From positions 199,293 to 263,292 of the forward strand of contig JAJPJQ010000051.1 in assembly GCA_021324155.1 (NCBI GenBank): 64,000 nt of DNA, read 5' to 3'. This document shows, piece after piece, positions 17,770-25,414 of this stretch. Every line of letters starts with the position of its first letter. The stretch's first letter is position 1. The position numbers and the translations under genes were made by a program. A model generated the notes under the pieces. The model made no database searches and was not told the DNA's origin. It saw nothing but the letters and a program-made list of their open reading frames with translations. The DNA comes from Pseudomonadota bacterium (GTDB lineage Bacteria > Desulfobacterota > Binatia > UBA9968).

Positions 17770-18939
17770 TCAGCTCCACAATTGTTTGCTCGCGATGCGC
17801 GCGCCCTCGGCCATCGCTTTGAACTTGGCCCATACGACGGTTGGATGAATTTCTGGTTCAGCGGTCGCCTGCGAGGAGAAGCCGCAGTCGCTGCCGGCCA
17901 TGACATTCTCGCGCCCGACGATTTTGGCGTAACGCACGAGTCGCTCGGCAACGACCTCGGGATGCTCGACGATATTCGTCGTGTGGCTGATGACGCCGGG
18001 GATGATAATCTTTCCTTCCGGCAGCTTGATAGTTTCCCACACGCGCCATTCGTGCTCGTGGCGCGGATTGGCACCCTCGAACGAAAACGCGCCGGCTTTG
18101 ACGCGCAGCATGATATCGGCGATGTCTTTCAACCCGAGGTCGTGAATCCGCGGGCCGATGTTGATGCCGTAGCAAGTGTGGAAGCGGATTTTCTCCGGCG
18201 GAATGTCGCGCAGCGCGTGATTCAGCGCTTCGACGCGCAGGTCGGCCCATTGGCGGCTCTGCTCGACGGACTTGCTGGGATTCGCGTTGTAATACGACAC
18301 CAGGCGGGGGTCGTCGACTTGCAGCAACAAGCCGGCCGCGACGATCGCCTGATACTCCTCGCGCATCGCGTCCGCGATCGCGTAAATGTACGCCTCATCG
18401 TTAGGATAATATTCGTTCTTCCTTTGCGCCTCGATGTTTCCCGGCGAGGTCGAAGGCATAAACGCTTCCTCGACCTTCACGCCGTTCAAAGCAGCCTTGA
18501 AATTTTCGATGTCACGCTTGAGCGTCTCGTGGCCCTTGTAGGTCACGGGGCCGGTACAAAACAGCCCACTGGTGGATGAGACGGACTCGCCGCGCAACCG
18601 CGAATACCATGCGTAATACTCGGGAAAGTCCGCGATCTCGCGCGAGGCAACCCACGGCCCGGCGCGCGGCGGCGCCGGCCGCTGTTCGAATCCGGTGAGG
18701 CGCTCGCCGATGTAAGTGACGAAGCCGGGTTTCCCCTGCTCGCCGTCGCTCACGACATCGACGCCCGCCTCCGACTGGCGGCGCACGACGTCATTCACGG
18801 CACTGCGAACTTGCGCCTCGAATACCTGGCTGTCGTAGGGCCGGCCGCTCTCCTTGGCCGTCATCGTTGCGATCAGGTCCGCCGGCCGCGCCAGGCTGCC
18901 GACGAAGGTGGTCAGGATTCGACCGCTGCTCCGTTTCAT
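17770..18939 (-). CDS. cobalamin-independent methionine synthase (MetE) C-terminal-domain-like zinc methyltransferase
   Basis: ORF 17770..18999 trimmed to MKRSSGRIL. FHTCYG (His-x-Cys) and SDCGFS Cys motifs match the MetE/UroD-like zinc site. ~390 aa. Confidence 0.65.
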   Translation of the reverse strand: MKRSSGRILTTFVGSLARPADLIATMTAKESGRPYDSQVFEAQVRSAVNDVVRRQSEAGVDVVSDGEQGKPGFVTYIGERLTGFEQRPAPPRAGPWVASREIADFPEYYAWYSRLRGESVSSTSGLFCTGPVTYKGHETLKRDIENFKAALNGVKVEEAFMPSTSPGNIEAQRKNEYYPNDEAYIYAIADAMREEYQAIVAAGLLLQVDDPRLVSYYNANPSKSVEQSRQWADLRVEALNHALRDIPPEKIRFHTCYGINIGPRIHDLGLKDIADIMLRVKAGAFSFEGANPRHEHEWRVWETIKLPEGKIIIPGVISHTTNIVEHPEVVAERLVRYAKIVGRENVMAGSDCGFSSQATAEPEIHPTVVWAKFKAMAEGARIASKQLWS

Positions 18940-19117
18940 TTTGGATCCTTTCCAGTTAGTTTGCGCGCGGGCGCGCGCCGCCTTTGACGCATAGTCCATC
19001 GCGCGCTGCGGGTCAATGTTGACCGCCGCTTGACCCTTTCGGCTCGGGGATAGTAGACGACGACATGCCGGCCGTTCGGCTGATCACGTTGACGAGCGAT
19101 CTCCGGGGCCGCGGCGC
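18912..19117. repeat. direct repeat copy 1 (206 bp) of the divergent promoter/5' region
   Basis: ~96% identical to 20150..20355 with 7 differences. Contains the intact ATG of the MetE-like gene and a truncated start of the divergently oriented gene (MPAVRLITLTSDLRGRGAKK*). Confidence 0.85.
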
Positions 19118-19177
19118 AAAAAAGGCGGCGGGAGTCTTTTCTTGAACAACGGAACGGGCCGCGCGATAGAAGCCTTG

Positions 19178-19246
19178 CTCATACCGCGCCGTCCGCGCAT
19201 CGCTACTGGCGGACTAGCTTACCACGTGCTCAACCGGCGCGTCGGC
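19178..19246 (+). pseudogene. IS200/IS605-like (Y1 / REP-associated tyrosine transposase) N-terminal remnant
   Basis: The frame of ORF 19142..19417 reads IPRRPRIATGGLAYHVLNRRVGR. This matches the hallmark N-terminus of IS200-like TnpA/RAYT (M.R.PRI...G..YHV..R.N.R). The expected start is ATA, and similarity is lost after ~25 codons. Confidence 0.45.
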
Positions 19247-19384
19247 CGGCTGCGGTTGCGCGCGAATTCCGCGTTCGCCGCAACCATACCTACGAGTGAA
19301 AAGAGGAGCTCACCAGTACATTGCGGACGCTTTTCCGGGCATAGGGCGGCGCTCTGCGGCCAAAGACGAAGTGACGCGTCTGTG

Positions 19385-19460
19385 TGGAGCGGGTCAAGGA
19401 GGAGCGGGGCATCCTAAAAAAAGCGGCAGTGTACTTTGCCAAGGAGCTCAAGAGAAGTAC
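19385..19460 (+). pseudogene. IS3-family OrfA C-terminal remnant
   Basis: ORF 19384..19596 begins (GTG) ERVKEERGILKKAAVYFAKELK. The 'ILKKAA.YFAKE' block is the conserved end of IS3-family OrfA just before the frameshift window. An in-frame stop lies 4 codons upstream. Confidence 0.45.
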
Positions 19461-19519
19461 GCGTTTATTGGAGGCTCAGAGGGAAGCGGAGCCGCAAGGG
19501 AAGTCTTTACCTCTTCACT

Positions 19520-20023
19520 TCAACAGCGATCCGAAAGTCGGAGACCCGAGAGTCGGGCCGTCGAAAGCTTCAGGTGACTATGCAGACCTCCGATGACGGC
19601 CGCCCGCTCCATCAAAGCCGTCAATTGTCCTTCGTGCGCCACCTCGAAGAGCAGAATGGACGCGAGACGCAGCTGATTTTCTGCAACGTAGGCACGCAGC
19701 TGCTCGTCGCTCCCGATCTTCCAGATGCGTCCGAAAGCACGCATCACCGCAAGGACAGTAGGTGCTACGTCGGAAAGACCGGCTGTATCGAGGAGCTTCG
19801 GAAGCGACTCTGGCGATTCTTCATGAACCAAAGCGGTTAACCTTAACGCGATGATTTCCGCATAGTCCTTATCGGCGGCCGTCTCTACGCGCCGGTAAAC
19901 CTCGCCTATATGCTCGAAGAGTTTCACCGGAAATTTTCCAAGCCGACTCCCGGCGGCGGCGCTGGCGATACTCGAATACGAGCCGGGTCGCGAAATCAGT
20001 TGTCGAAGGTCCGAATCACTCAT
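19520..20023 (-). CDS. hypothetical protein carried on the insert
   Basis: 167-aa ORF, lower GC, no family recognised. The only intact ORF inside the repeat-bracketed insert. Confidence 0.35.
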   Translation of the reverse strand: MSDSDLRQLISRPGSYSSIASAAAGSRLGKFPVKLFEHIGEVYRRVETAADKDYAEIIALRLTALVHEESPESLPKLLDTAGLSDVAPTVLAVMRAFGRIWKIGSDEQLRAYVAENQLRLASILLFEVAHEGQLTALMERAAVIGGLHSHLKLSTARLSGLRLSDRC

Positions 20024-20149
20024 GCTGGTAGAAAGTTGGGATCGGTGAGCTGACCCGCATATCTAACTTAACAACTTCTTTTCTAAGATTGGCTTGCCTG
20101 TTCACTCACTGCCACCGCCGGAAAAGACTCCCGACCCCTTAAATTCCGT

Positions 20150-20355
20150 TCAGGATTCGACCGCTGCTCCGTTTCGTTTTGGATCCTTTTCAGTTAGTTT
20201 GCGCGCGGGCGCGCGCCACCTTTGACGCATAGTCCATCGCGCGCTGCGGGTCAATGTTGACCGCCGCTTGACCCATTCGGCTCCGGGATAGTAGACGACG
20301 ACATGCCGGCCGTTCGGCTGATCAAGTTGACGAGCGATCTCCGGGGCGCGGCGCG
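20150..20355. repeat. direct repeat copy 2 (206 bp)
   Basis: Copy of 18912..19117. Here the MetE-like start is degenerate (ATG->ACG on the minus strand), and the divergent gene 20303..21910 is intact. Confidence 0.85.
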
Positions 20356-21910
20356 GCTCGCGCGATCGCTGCCGGCGTTTTTGCGCGCGCGCGTCACGGC
20401 GCGAGACGCCGAAGCGGAGATCGAGCGAGGCGTCCGAGAACGCGAAAAACGTCTTCTCGAATCCGCGCGCGATTGGATCTACGGCAACTCCGACAGCCCC
20501 TATCTCAAACTCCTAAAGCACGCCGGCTGCGAGTTCGCGGATCTCGAGGCCGAGGTCGGGAGCCGCGGCCTGGAGGCGGCGCTTGAGAATTTGGCGCGCG
20601 CAGGCGTCTATCTCACCGACGACGAGCTTAAGGGGAAAAAGGAAATCGTGCGGGGAGAATGCTCCTTCCGCGTTCGCCCGGCCGACCTAGAGCTGCCGGA
20701 CGCGCCTGCCGGCTTTGCTGTCGAGAGCAGCGGCACCGGCAACCGTCCAGTGCGTTCCCAGATCCGTCTCGACTATCTCGCGGCCCGAGCGTACATAACG
20801 GCCGTCTTTTTCTCCGCGCACGATCTTTGGGCCGCCTCGCACGCGCTTTACGACGCGATTCTTCCGGGCGGCGGCGGAGTGAACAACCTGCTCGTCTATG
20901 CGAAATTGGGCATCAGCACCGATCGGTGGTTCGCGCGTAAGATTCCCGCCGACAATCGCCTGGCCGCCTGGTACCATTACCTGCTCACGCAGCTGATCGT
21001 GCTCAACGGTAATTGGTTCGGCCCGGGCTTTCCGGCACCTGAATTCACCGATATCGCCGACGCGCCGCGCATCGTCCGCTGGGCTGCCGGGAAGCGCCGC
21101 CAAGGGACGCGCTGCTGTATCACCACCGCCGCCAGCAACGCGGCACGCATCGCGCGCGCGGCATGGGACATGGGCGAGTCGCTTGCGGGCGCGCGATTCA
21201 TCGTGAGCGGCGAGCCGTTCACGGACGCGAAGCGCGCTCTGATCGAGCGCGCCGGCGCCTTCGCAACATCGCGCTACGCGTACGGCGGCGGCGTCATGGT
21301 CGGTTACGGCTGCGGCGCGCCGGTAGCCGGCGACGACGTCCATGTCGACGAGACCAGGCTCGCGCTCATCGAGCATCCCGCGCCACTCCCGGATATCGAC
21401 CCTGTAATCCGTCCGCTGCTTTTGACCACGCTGCACCCTTCGGCCGGCTCCCGCTTTCTGCTCAACGTCGCGAACGGCGACTACGCCGAGCTCGCGCGAA
21501 GGAGCTGCGGCTGCGCGCTCGAAAAGAGCGGCCTTACGCTCCACGTCCACGAAATCCGCAGCTACGAGAAATTCACGAGCGAGGGAATGAACTACTTCTA
21601 CGGCGATCTGTATGAATTCTTCGAGCGCACGCTGCCCGCCGAGTTCGGCGGCGCGGCCGGCGACTACCAGCTCGTGGAAGAAGAAGATGAGACGGGTCAA
21701 ACCCGCCTCACGCTGATGGTCCACCCCATGATCGGCACCTTCGACGAGAGCAAGCTGCTGCTCCGGCTTCAGCGCCGGCTGGCCGATGGCTCTCCCGCCA
21801 ACCGCTTTCAGGCCGAAATCTGGCGTCGCGCGGGGACCTGCAGGATTCGCAGGGAGGCGCCGCGCGCGAGTCCGCGCGGCAAAATTCTGCCGCTGCAATT
21901 CAGGCGCTGA
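20303..21910 (+). CDS. putative adenylate-forming enzyme (PaaK/CapK/F390-synthetase-like)
   Basis: 535-aa ORF with high GC3 in this frame. ESSGTGNRPV resembles the SSGTTG.P adenylation P-loop of the PaaK-like family. The 403-aa antisense ORF 20687..21898 is rejected. Confidence 0.45.
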   Translation: MPAVRLIKLTSDLRGAARLARSLPAFLRARVTARDAEAEIERGVREREKRLLESARDWIYGNSDSPYLKLLKHAGCEFADLEAEVGSRGLEAALENLARAGVYLTDDELKGKKEIVRGECSFRVRPADLELPDAPAGFAVESSGTGNRPVRSQIRLDYLAARAYITAVFFSAHDLWAASHALYDAILPGGGGVNNLLVYAKLGISTDRWFARKIPADNRLAAWYHYLLTQLIVLNGNWFGPGFPAPEFTDIADAPRIVRWAAGKRRQGTRCCITTAASNAARIARAAWDMGESLAGARFIVSGEPFTDAKRALIERAGAFATSRYAYGGGVMVGYGCGAPVAGDDVHVDETRLALIEHPAPLPDIDPVIRPLLLTTLHPSAGSRFLLNVANGDYAELARRSCGCALEKSGLTLHVHEIRSYEKFTSEGMNYFYGDLYEFFERTLPAEFGGAAGDYQLVEEEDETGQTRLTLMVHPMIGTFDESKLLLRLQRRLADGSPANRFQAEIWRRAGTCRIRREAPRASPRGKILPLQFRR

Positions 21911-21963
21911 GCCGCGCGTTAATTTGACACGGCGGCTTAATAAATTTATACATAGTTATCTTT

Positions 21964-22056
21964 AAGGGCGATGGGGTTCGCCAGCTAAACCATTCGCCGC
22001 GGTTCGCGAATTGATGACCCCTACTTCAAGGAATTGGAGTAGGGGTCTTTTTTTTG
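21964..22056 (+). promoter_or_regulatory. fluoride riboswitch (crcB motif) with intrinsic terminator
   Basis: GGGCGATGGGGTTCGCC...AAACC...CGCC...ATTGATGACCCCTAC matches the fluoride aptamer consensus (GGCGATGG.G.TCGCC / AAAC / CTGATGxCCTCTAC). The terminator stem CCCCTAC...GTAGGGG plus T8 overlaps the aptamer 3' end. RBS GGAGG and ATG follow. Confidence 0.8.
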
Positions 22057-22066
22057 GAGGTGGTAA

Positions 22067-22441
22067 ATGGCTCAGATCGCAGCGGTAGGCGTGGGGGGTT
22101 TTCTCGGTTCGATACTTCGGTATCTTCTCAGCGGATGGGTTCACCGGACGCTGGCGAGCGATTGGTTCCCCTATGGCACACTCGCAGTCAACGTCATCGG
22201 CTGTCTGCTCATCGGATTTTTAGCGGGAGTGGAAGAAAAACACGCCGTCTTCACGGCGGACGTTCGCCTATTTATTTTCATCGGAATCGTAGGAGGTTTT
22301 ACTACATTTTCAGCGTTCGCGTATGAAACCGTTCTGTTAGCGCGCAATGCTCAACTGCTGACTGCATTCGCGAACGTGCTTGTCGAGCTTACGGCGGGAT
22401 TATTCGCGGTCGGCATCGGTCACTGGCTGAGTCGCTTTTAG
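22067..22441 (+). CDS. crcB: fluoride ion channel CrcB/Fluc
   Basis: 124-aa four-TM protein with GGFLGSILRY and GGFTTFSAF signature motifs. It directly follows the riboswitch. Confidence 0.85.
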   Translation: MAQIAAVGVGGFLGSILRYLLSGWVHRTLASDWFPYGTLAVNVIGCLLIGFLAGVEEKHAVFTADVRLFIFIGIVGGFTTFSAFAYETVLLARNAQLLTAFANVLVELTAGLFAVGIGHWLSRF

Positions 22442-22519
22442 ACTGAATGCCTCAAACTTCGCGGCGCGCTGTAAGCGCTGCGCTTGACCGTGCCCCTTCG
22501 AGAATAGTAGACGAAAGCC

Positions 22520-23530
22520 ATGCCCAAACTAACTTTGAGTTTCGCCTCCGCCTACAACGACCGCGTCGAGCCGCTGATGGACGGCACCGTCGAGGTCGAA
22601 GGCATGGAATTCGTCCCGACGCATTCCGGCCCGAGCGAGACCTTCTATCGCCAGCTCAAGTTCTTCGAGTTCGACGTCTCCGAGATGTCGCTGTCATCGT
22701 ATATCATCGCCCGGGCGCGCGGCGTCGACATGGTCGCGATTCCCGTCTTCCCGAGCCGCCGGCTGTTTCATACGGAAGTCGCCTACAACGCCGATTCCGG
22801 CGTCAAGGCGCCGGGCGATCTCGTCGGCAAGCGCATCGGCGTAGCCGAATACCAGCAGACCGCCGCGCTCTGGACGCGCGGCGTTTTGGACCACGACTTC
22901 GGCGTCTCCCAGTACAAAGTGCACTGGTATATGGAGCGCACCGAGGAGCTGAGCCACGGCGGCGCGACCGGTTTTCAGCCCCCGGCGGGCATCTCGTTCC
23001 AGCGCATCCCAACCGACAAGAGCCTCGCGTCGATGCTGCTCGCGGGTGAGCTCGATGCGGCAGCCGTCGTCGGACCGTGGACGCGCGCCGAAAGCTTCGT
23101 CGACCGCTCGCGGCGCATTCCCGGCAGCGGCGATTGGAGCAGGATTAAGCTGCTGTTTCCCGATAAGATCGCCGAGACCAAGCGCTTCTTCCATACGCAC
23201 GGTTTCCTGCCCGCGAACCACACCTATATCGTCCGCGGTTCGATCTATCGCCAGAACCCGTGGATTGCGATCAATCTCTTCAACGGCTTCGTTAAGGCCA
23301 AGGCGCTCGCGGCGCAGAAAATGATCGACCGCATTCCGTCCGGGCTTTTCTTCGGCAAGGAATATGCCGCGATGACGCGCGAGGTCGTCGGCGACGACCC
23401 ATTCGCCTACGGCATCAAGGCGAACCGGAAGATGCTTACGACTCTGATCGACTATTCGCATGAGCAGGGGCTGATCAAGGACAAGCCGAGGATCGAGGAA
23501 CTATTCGCGGAATCGACCCGCGATTTATGA
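22520..23530 (+). CDS. 4,5-dihydroxyphthalate decarboxylase (Pht5)-like cytoplasmic PBP-fold protein
   Basis: 336-aa ORF with no signal peptide. N-terminus MPKLTLSFASAYNDRVEPLMDGTVEVEG... and FDVSEMSLSSY match the Pht5/NMT1-like decarboxylase family. Paralog at 54339..55286. Confidence 0.6.
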   Translation: MPKLTLSFASAYNDRVEPLMDGTVEVEGMEFVPTHSGPSETFYRQLKFFEFDVSEMSLSSYIIARARGVDMVAIPVFPSRRLFHTEVAYNADSGVKAPGDLVGKRIGVAEYQQTAALWTRGVLDHDFGVSQYKVHWYMERTEELSHGGATGFQPPAGISFQRIPTDKSLASMLLAGELDAAAVVGPWTRAESFVDRSRRIPGSGDWSRIKLLFPDKIAETKRFFHTHGFLPANHTYIVRGSIYRQNPWIAINLFNGFVKAKALAAQKMIDRIPSGLFFGKEYAAMTREVVGDDPFAYGIKANRKMLTTLIDYSHEQGLIKDKPRIEELFAESTRDL

Positions 23531-23717
23531 TCCGGATATTGGGGGCTTTAAACCCGCCCCTACATTAGGAATCGCTGGTCAAATCACAAACCAGCGCAAC
23601 ACTCGTCGAGCGATACTGCAATGACGGGCGTATCTGAGATAGGGGCGACCCGCGAACCGTCGACAACGGATCAAAAGATCTTCATTCGTAGGGCCGGGTT
23701 TCAAACCCGCGCGTTTT

Positions 23718-24398
23718 TCACAAAGTCCAGATATCATACAGCAATTCCATCCGTCTGAACGTATGCTTGCGCGTTAATTCCTGAAGCTCGGGCGACGTGA
23801 TGTATTTCACGGCGATCTCCTCGGCGAGGCTGCCGTGATCTTCGTCGGCCTCCGAATGCACGGTGAAAAACCGCACATCCTCGGGATCCATTTTATAATT
23901 CTTGATGAACCCATGGCCGAGCGCCGCGGCTGCCGGTCCAAATGTTCCTTCGGCGCCGATCTGGATCGCCATGACGACGAACCACGGCAGCGTGTGGATG
24001 ATGAGCTCGACGTAATAGAGATGCGCCGCCGTCGACGGCGTCAGCTCGGCGTTCTCCAGATCGCTGCGCTTTAGGCCGACAGACTCCGCGAAGCGGATCG
24101 CGAGCTGATTGTGGCCGGCGGTGCCGGTGTCCATTCCGCGCGTCTCCTCCTCGACCACGCCCCAGAGCTTCTGAGCGATCTCGGGATCGGTGCAGGCGAG
24201 ATAGCGCAGCATCGCGATGCGCGGCACGGTGGCGCGGAACTGATAGTCCTGAATCGCCCAGGCGCGGATTTGCTCCATCGTCGCCGTGCCATTGCACACC
24301 GCCTTCAGGAACGGATGCTTGATGCGGATTTTTGGAAAAGCCTGAATATCTTTTTTAAGCTGCTTGACGAATTCTGCCGATGAAAGCTCCTGGGCCAT
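23718..24398 (-). CDS. TenA/THI-4/PqqC family (heme-oxygenase-like fold) protein
   Basis: 226-aa ORF. The helical protein with an HPF...W..QDY N-terminal pattern is typical of TenA/PqqC-like proteins. The RBS GGAGGA precedes the ATG. Confidence 0.6.
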   Translation of the reverse strand: MAQELSSAEFVKQLKKDIQAFPKIRIKHPFLKAVCNGTATMEQIRAWAIQDYQFRATVPRIAMLRYLACTDPEIAQKLWGVVEEETRGMDTGTAGHNQLAIRFAESVGLKRSDLENAELTPSTAAHLYYVELIIHTLPWFVVMAIQIGAEGTFGPAAAALGHGFIKNYKMDPEDVRFFTVHSEADEDHGSLAEEIAVKYITSPELQELTRKHTFRRMELLYDIWTL

Positions 24399-24404
24399 AA
24401 TTCC

Positions 24405-24497
24405 TCCTAAAAACGTTTCACGTTTCGCGTCGCAAGTTTCACGTACCGGAGCGCTCTCTGATTTCGACCTGAACCTGAAACGTGAAACCTGTAACCA
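24405..24497. repeat. GTTTCACGTTTC / GAAACGTGAAAC hairpin element (family member 1)
   Basis: 12-bp perfect inverted arms GTTTCACGTTTC (24411-22) and GAAACGTGAAAC (24478-89) with additional partial pairing. On the transcribed (minus) strand it is followed by GTTTTT and then the RBS of the TenA-like gene. Confidence 0.6.
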
Positions 24498-24498
24498 C

Positions 24499-25218
24499 TT
24501 ATTTTTTTAACCGGCTGACATAGTATTCCCAGCCGCGCTGCGGGAAGCGCTCGTCCGCGCTGAAGGTCTCCAGCTCCTCGGCCGTGAGCCAGCGCGGCTC
24601 GCCGTGGAGCAGCGCCAGATGCGCGAGCTCGCCCAGCTTGGCGAGGCGGATCGTCCGCTGCACCGACTGCTCAATCGTCTCGCCCACCACAGCGTCGCCG
24701 TGCGCGCGCAGCAGCACCGCCGGGCCTTTGCCCAGCGCTTTGGCGAGCGCGTCGCCGCGCTCGATCGTACGCACCAGCCCGGCGGCCTCGTAGAGCGGCA
24801 GGCCGTCGGCCGAGAGAAATTTCCCATAGTGGTGCAGCAGCTTGAGCTTGATCGGCAGCACGCTGAACAGCGTGCTCCAGACCGAGTGCGTGTGGCAGAC
24901 GCTCATCACATCGGGACGCGTTTTGAAAATGCAGGCGTGAATCGGCCATTCGTTCGGCGGCGTCTTCTCGCCGCCTAGATGATTGCCGGCAAAATCGAGC
25001 ATGCAGAGCCGCTCGACGGTCGCAAGACCGGGGCTCACATTGGCGATCGTGAAAAATGCGTCGGCGCCGGGGACGCGCGCGCCGATGTGGCCGTAGCCGT
25101 CGGTGATGCCTTCGTGATCGAGAATCCGGCACGCGGTTACGAGGGTTTGTTTGACTTTGTCCAGCGCGGGGTCATTGAACGAGACGGCCATCGGTCCTCC
25201 ATTGTTGTACGCGTTCAT
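24499..25218 (-). CDS. class II aldolase/adducin family protein
   Basis: 239-aa ORF. HIGARVPG, the CHTHS (His-x-His) metal site and LLRAHG are typical of the class II aldolase fold. Confidence 0.7.
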   Translation of the reverse strand: MNAYNNGGPMAVSFNDPALDKVKQTLVTACRILDHEGITDGYGHIGARVPGADAFFTIANVSPGLATVERLCMLDFAGNHLGGEKTPPNEWPIHACIFKTRPDVMSVCHTHSVWSTLFSVLPIKLKLLHHYGKFLSADGLPLYEAAGLVRTIERGDALAKALGKGPAVLLRAHGDAVVGETIEQSVQRTIRLAKLGELAHLALLHGEPRWLTAEELETFSADERFPQRGWEYYVSRLKK

Positions 25219-25253
25219 ATCTATGCGTCCCGCCCGGATACTGTCAAGACGAG

Positions 25254-25296
25254 TTGATTGGGTTTGTAGGGTTGATTGAGTTGTTTGGGTTGAATT
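25254..25296. promoter_or_regulatory. direct TTGATTG repeats in the divergent promoter
   Basis: gagTTGATTGggtttgtagggTTGATTGagttgtttgggTTGAATTcg lies between divergent genes 24499..25218 (-) and 25415..26410 (+). Confidence 0.3.
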
Positions 25297-25414
25297 CGAT
25301 AAGGCGAAACCAGAACAAACCGATAGACCCCTCGCGCCGCGAAGGAAATTTCGGTCTTGCAGGGTATGAGATTTTCACTTTAGAATACGCCTGACCGTCG
25401 TCGAGGAGGGCAAT

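Larger units (their letters stand above)
19118..20149. mobile_element. 1.03-kb lower-GC insert with decayed transposase remnants
   Basis: Bracketed by the 206-bp direct repeats. GC is visibly lower than the flanks. Contains N-terminal IS200/RAYT-like and C-terminal IS3-OrfA-like coding fragments plus ORF 19520..20023. Confidence 0.5.

Noticed and set aside
20687-21898. 403-aa minus-strand ORF antisense to the 535-aa PaaK-like gene
   Set aside because: The plus frame has very high GC3, an adenylation-type motif (SSGTGNRPV) and a start within the conserved promoter repeat. The antisense frame is Arg/Ala-rich low-complexity, typical of high-GC shadow ORFs.
23531-23717. Possible bidirectional terminator (GGGTTTCAAACCC palindrome plus T-run) between convergent Pht5-like and TenA-like genes
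   Set aside because: Stem is only 4-6 bp with an ambiguous loop. Too weak to call without transcript data.
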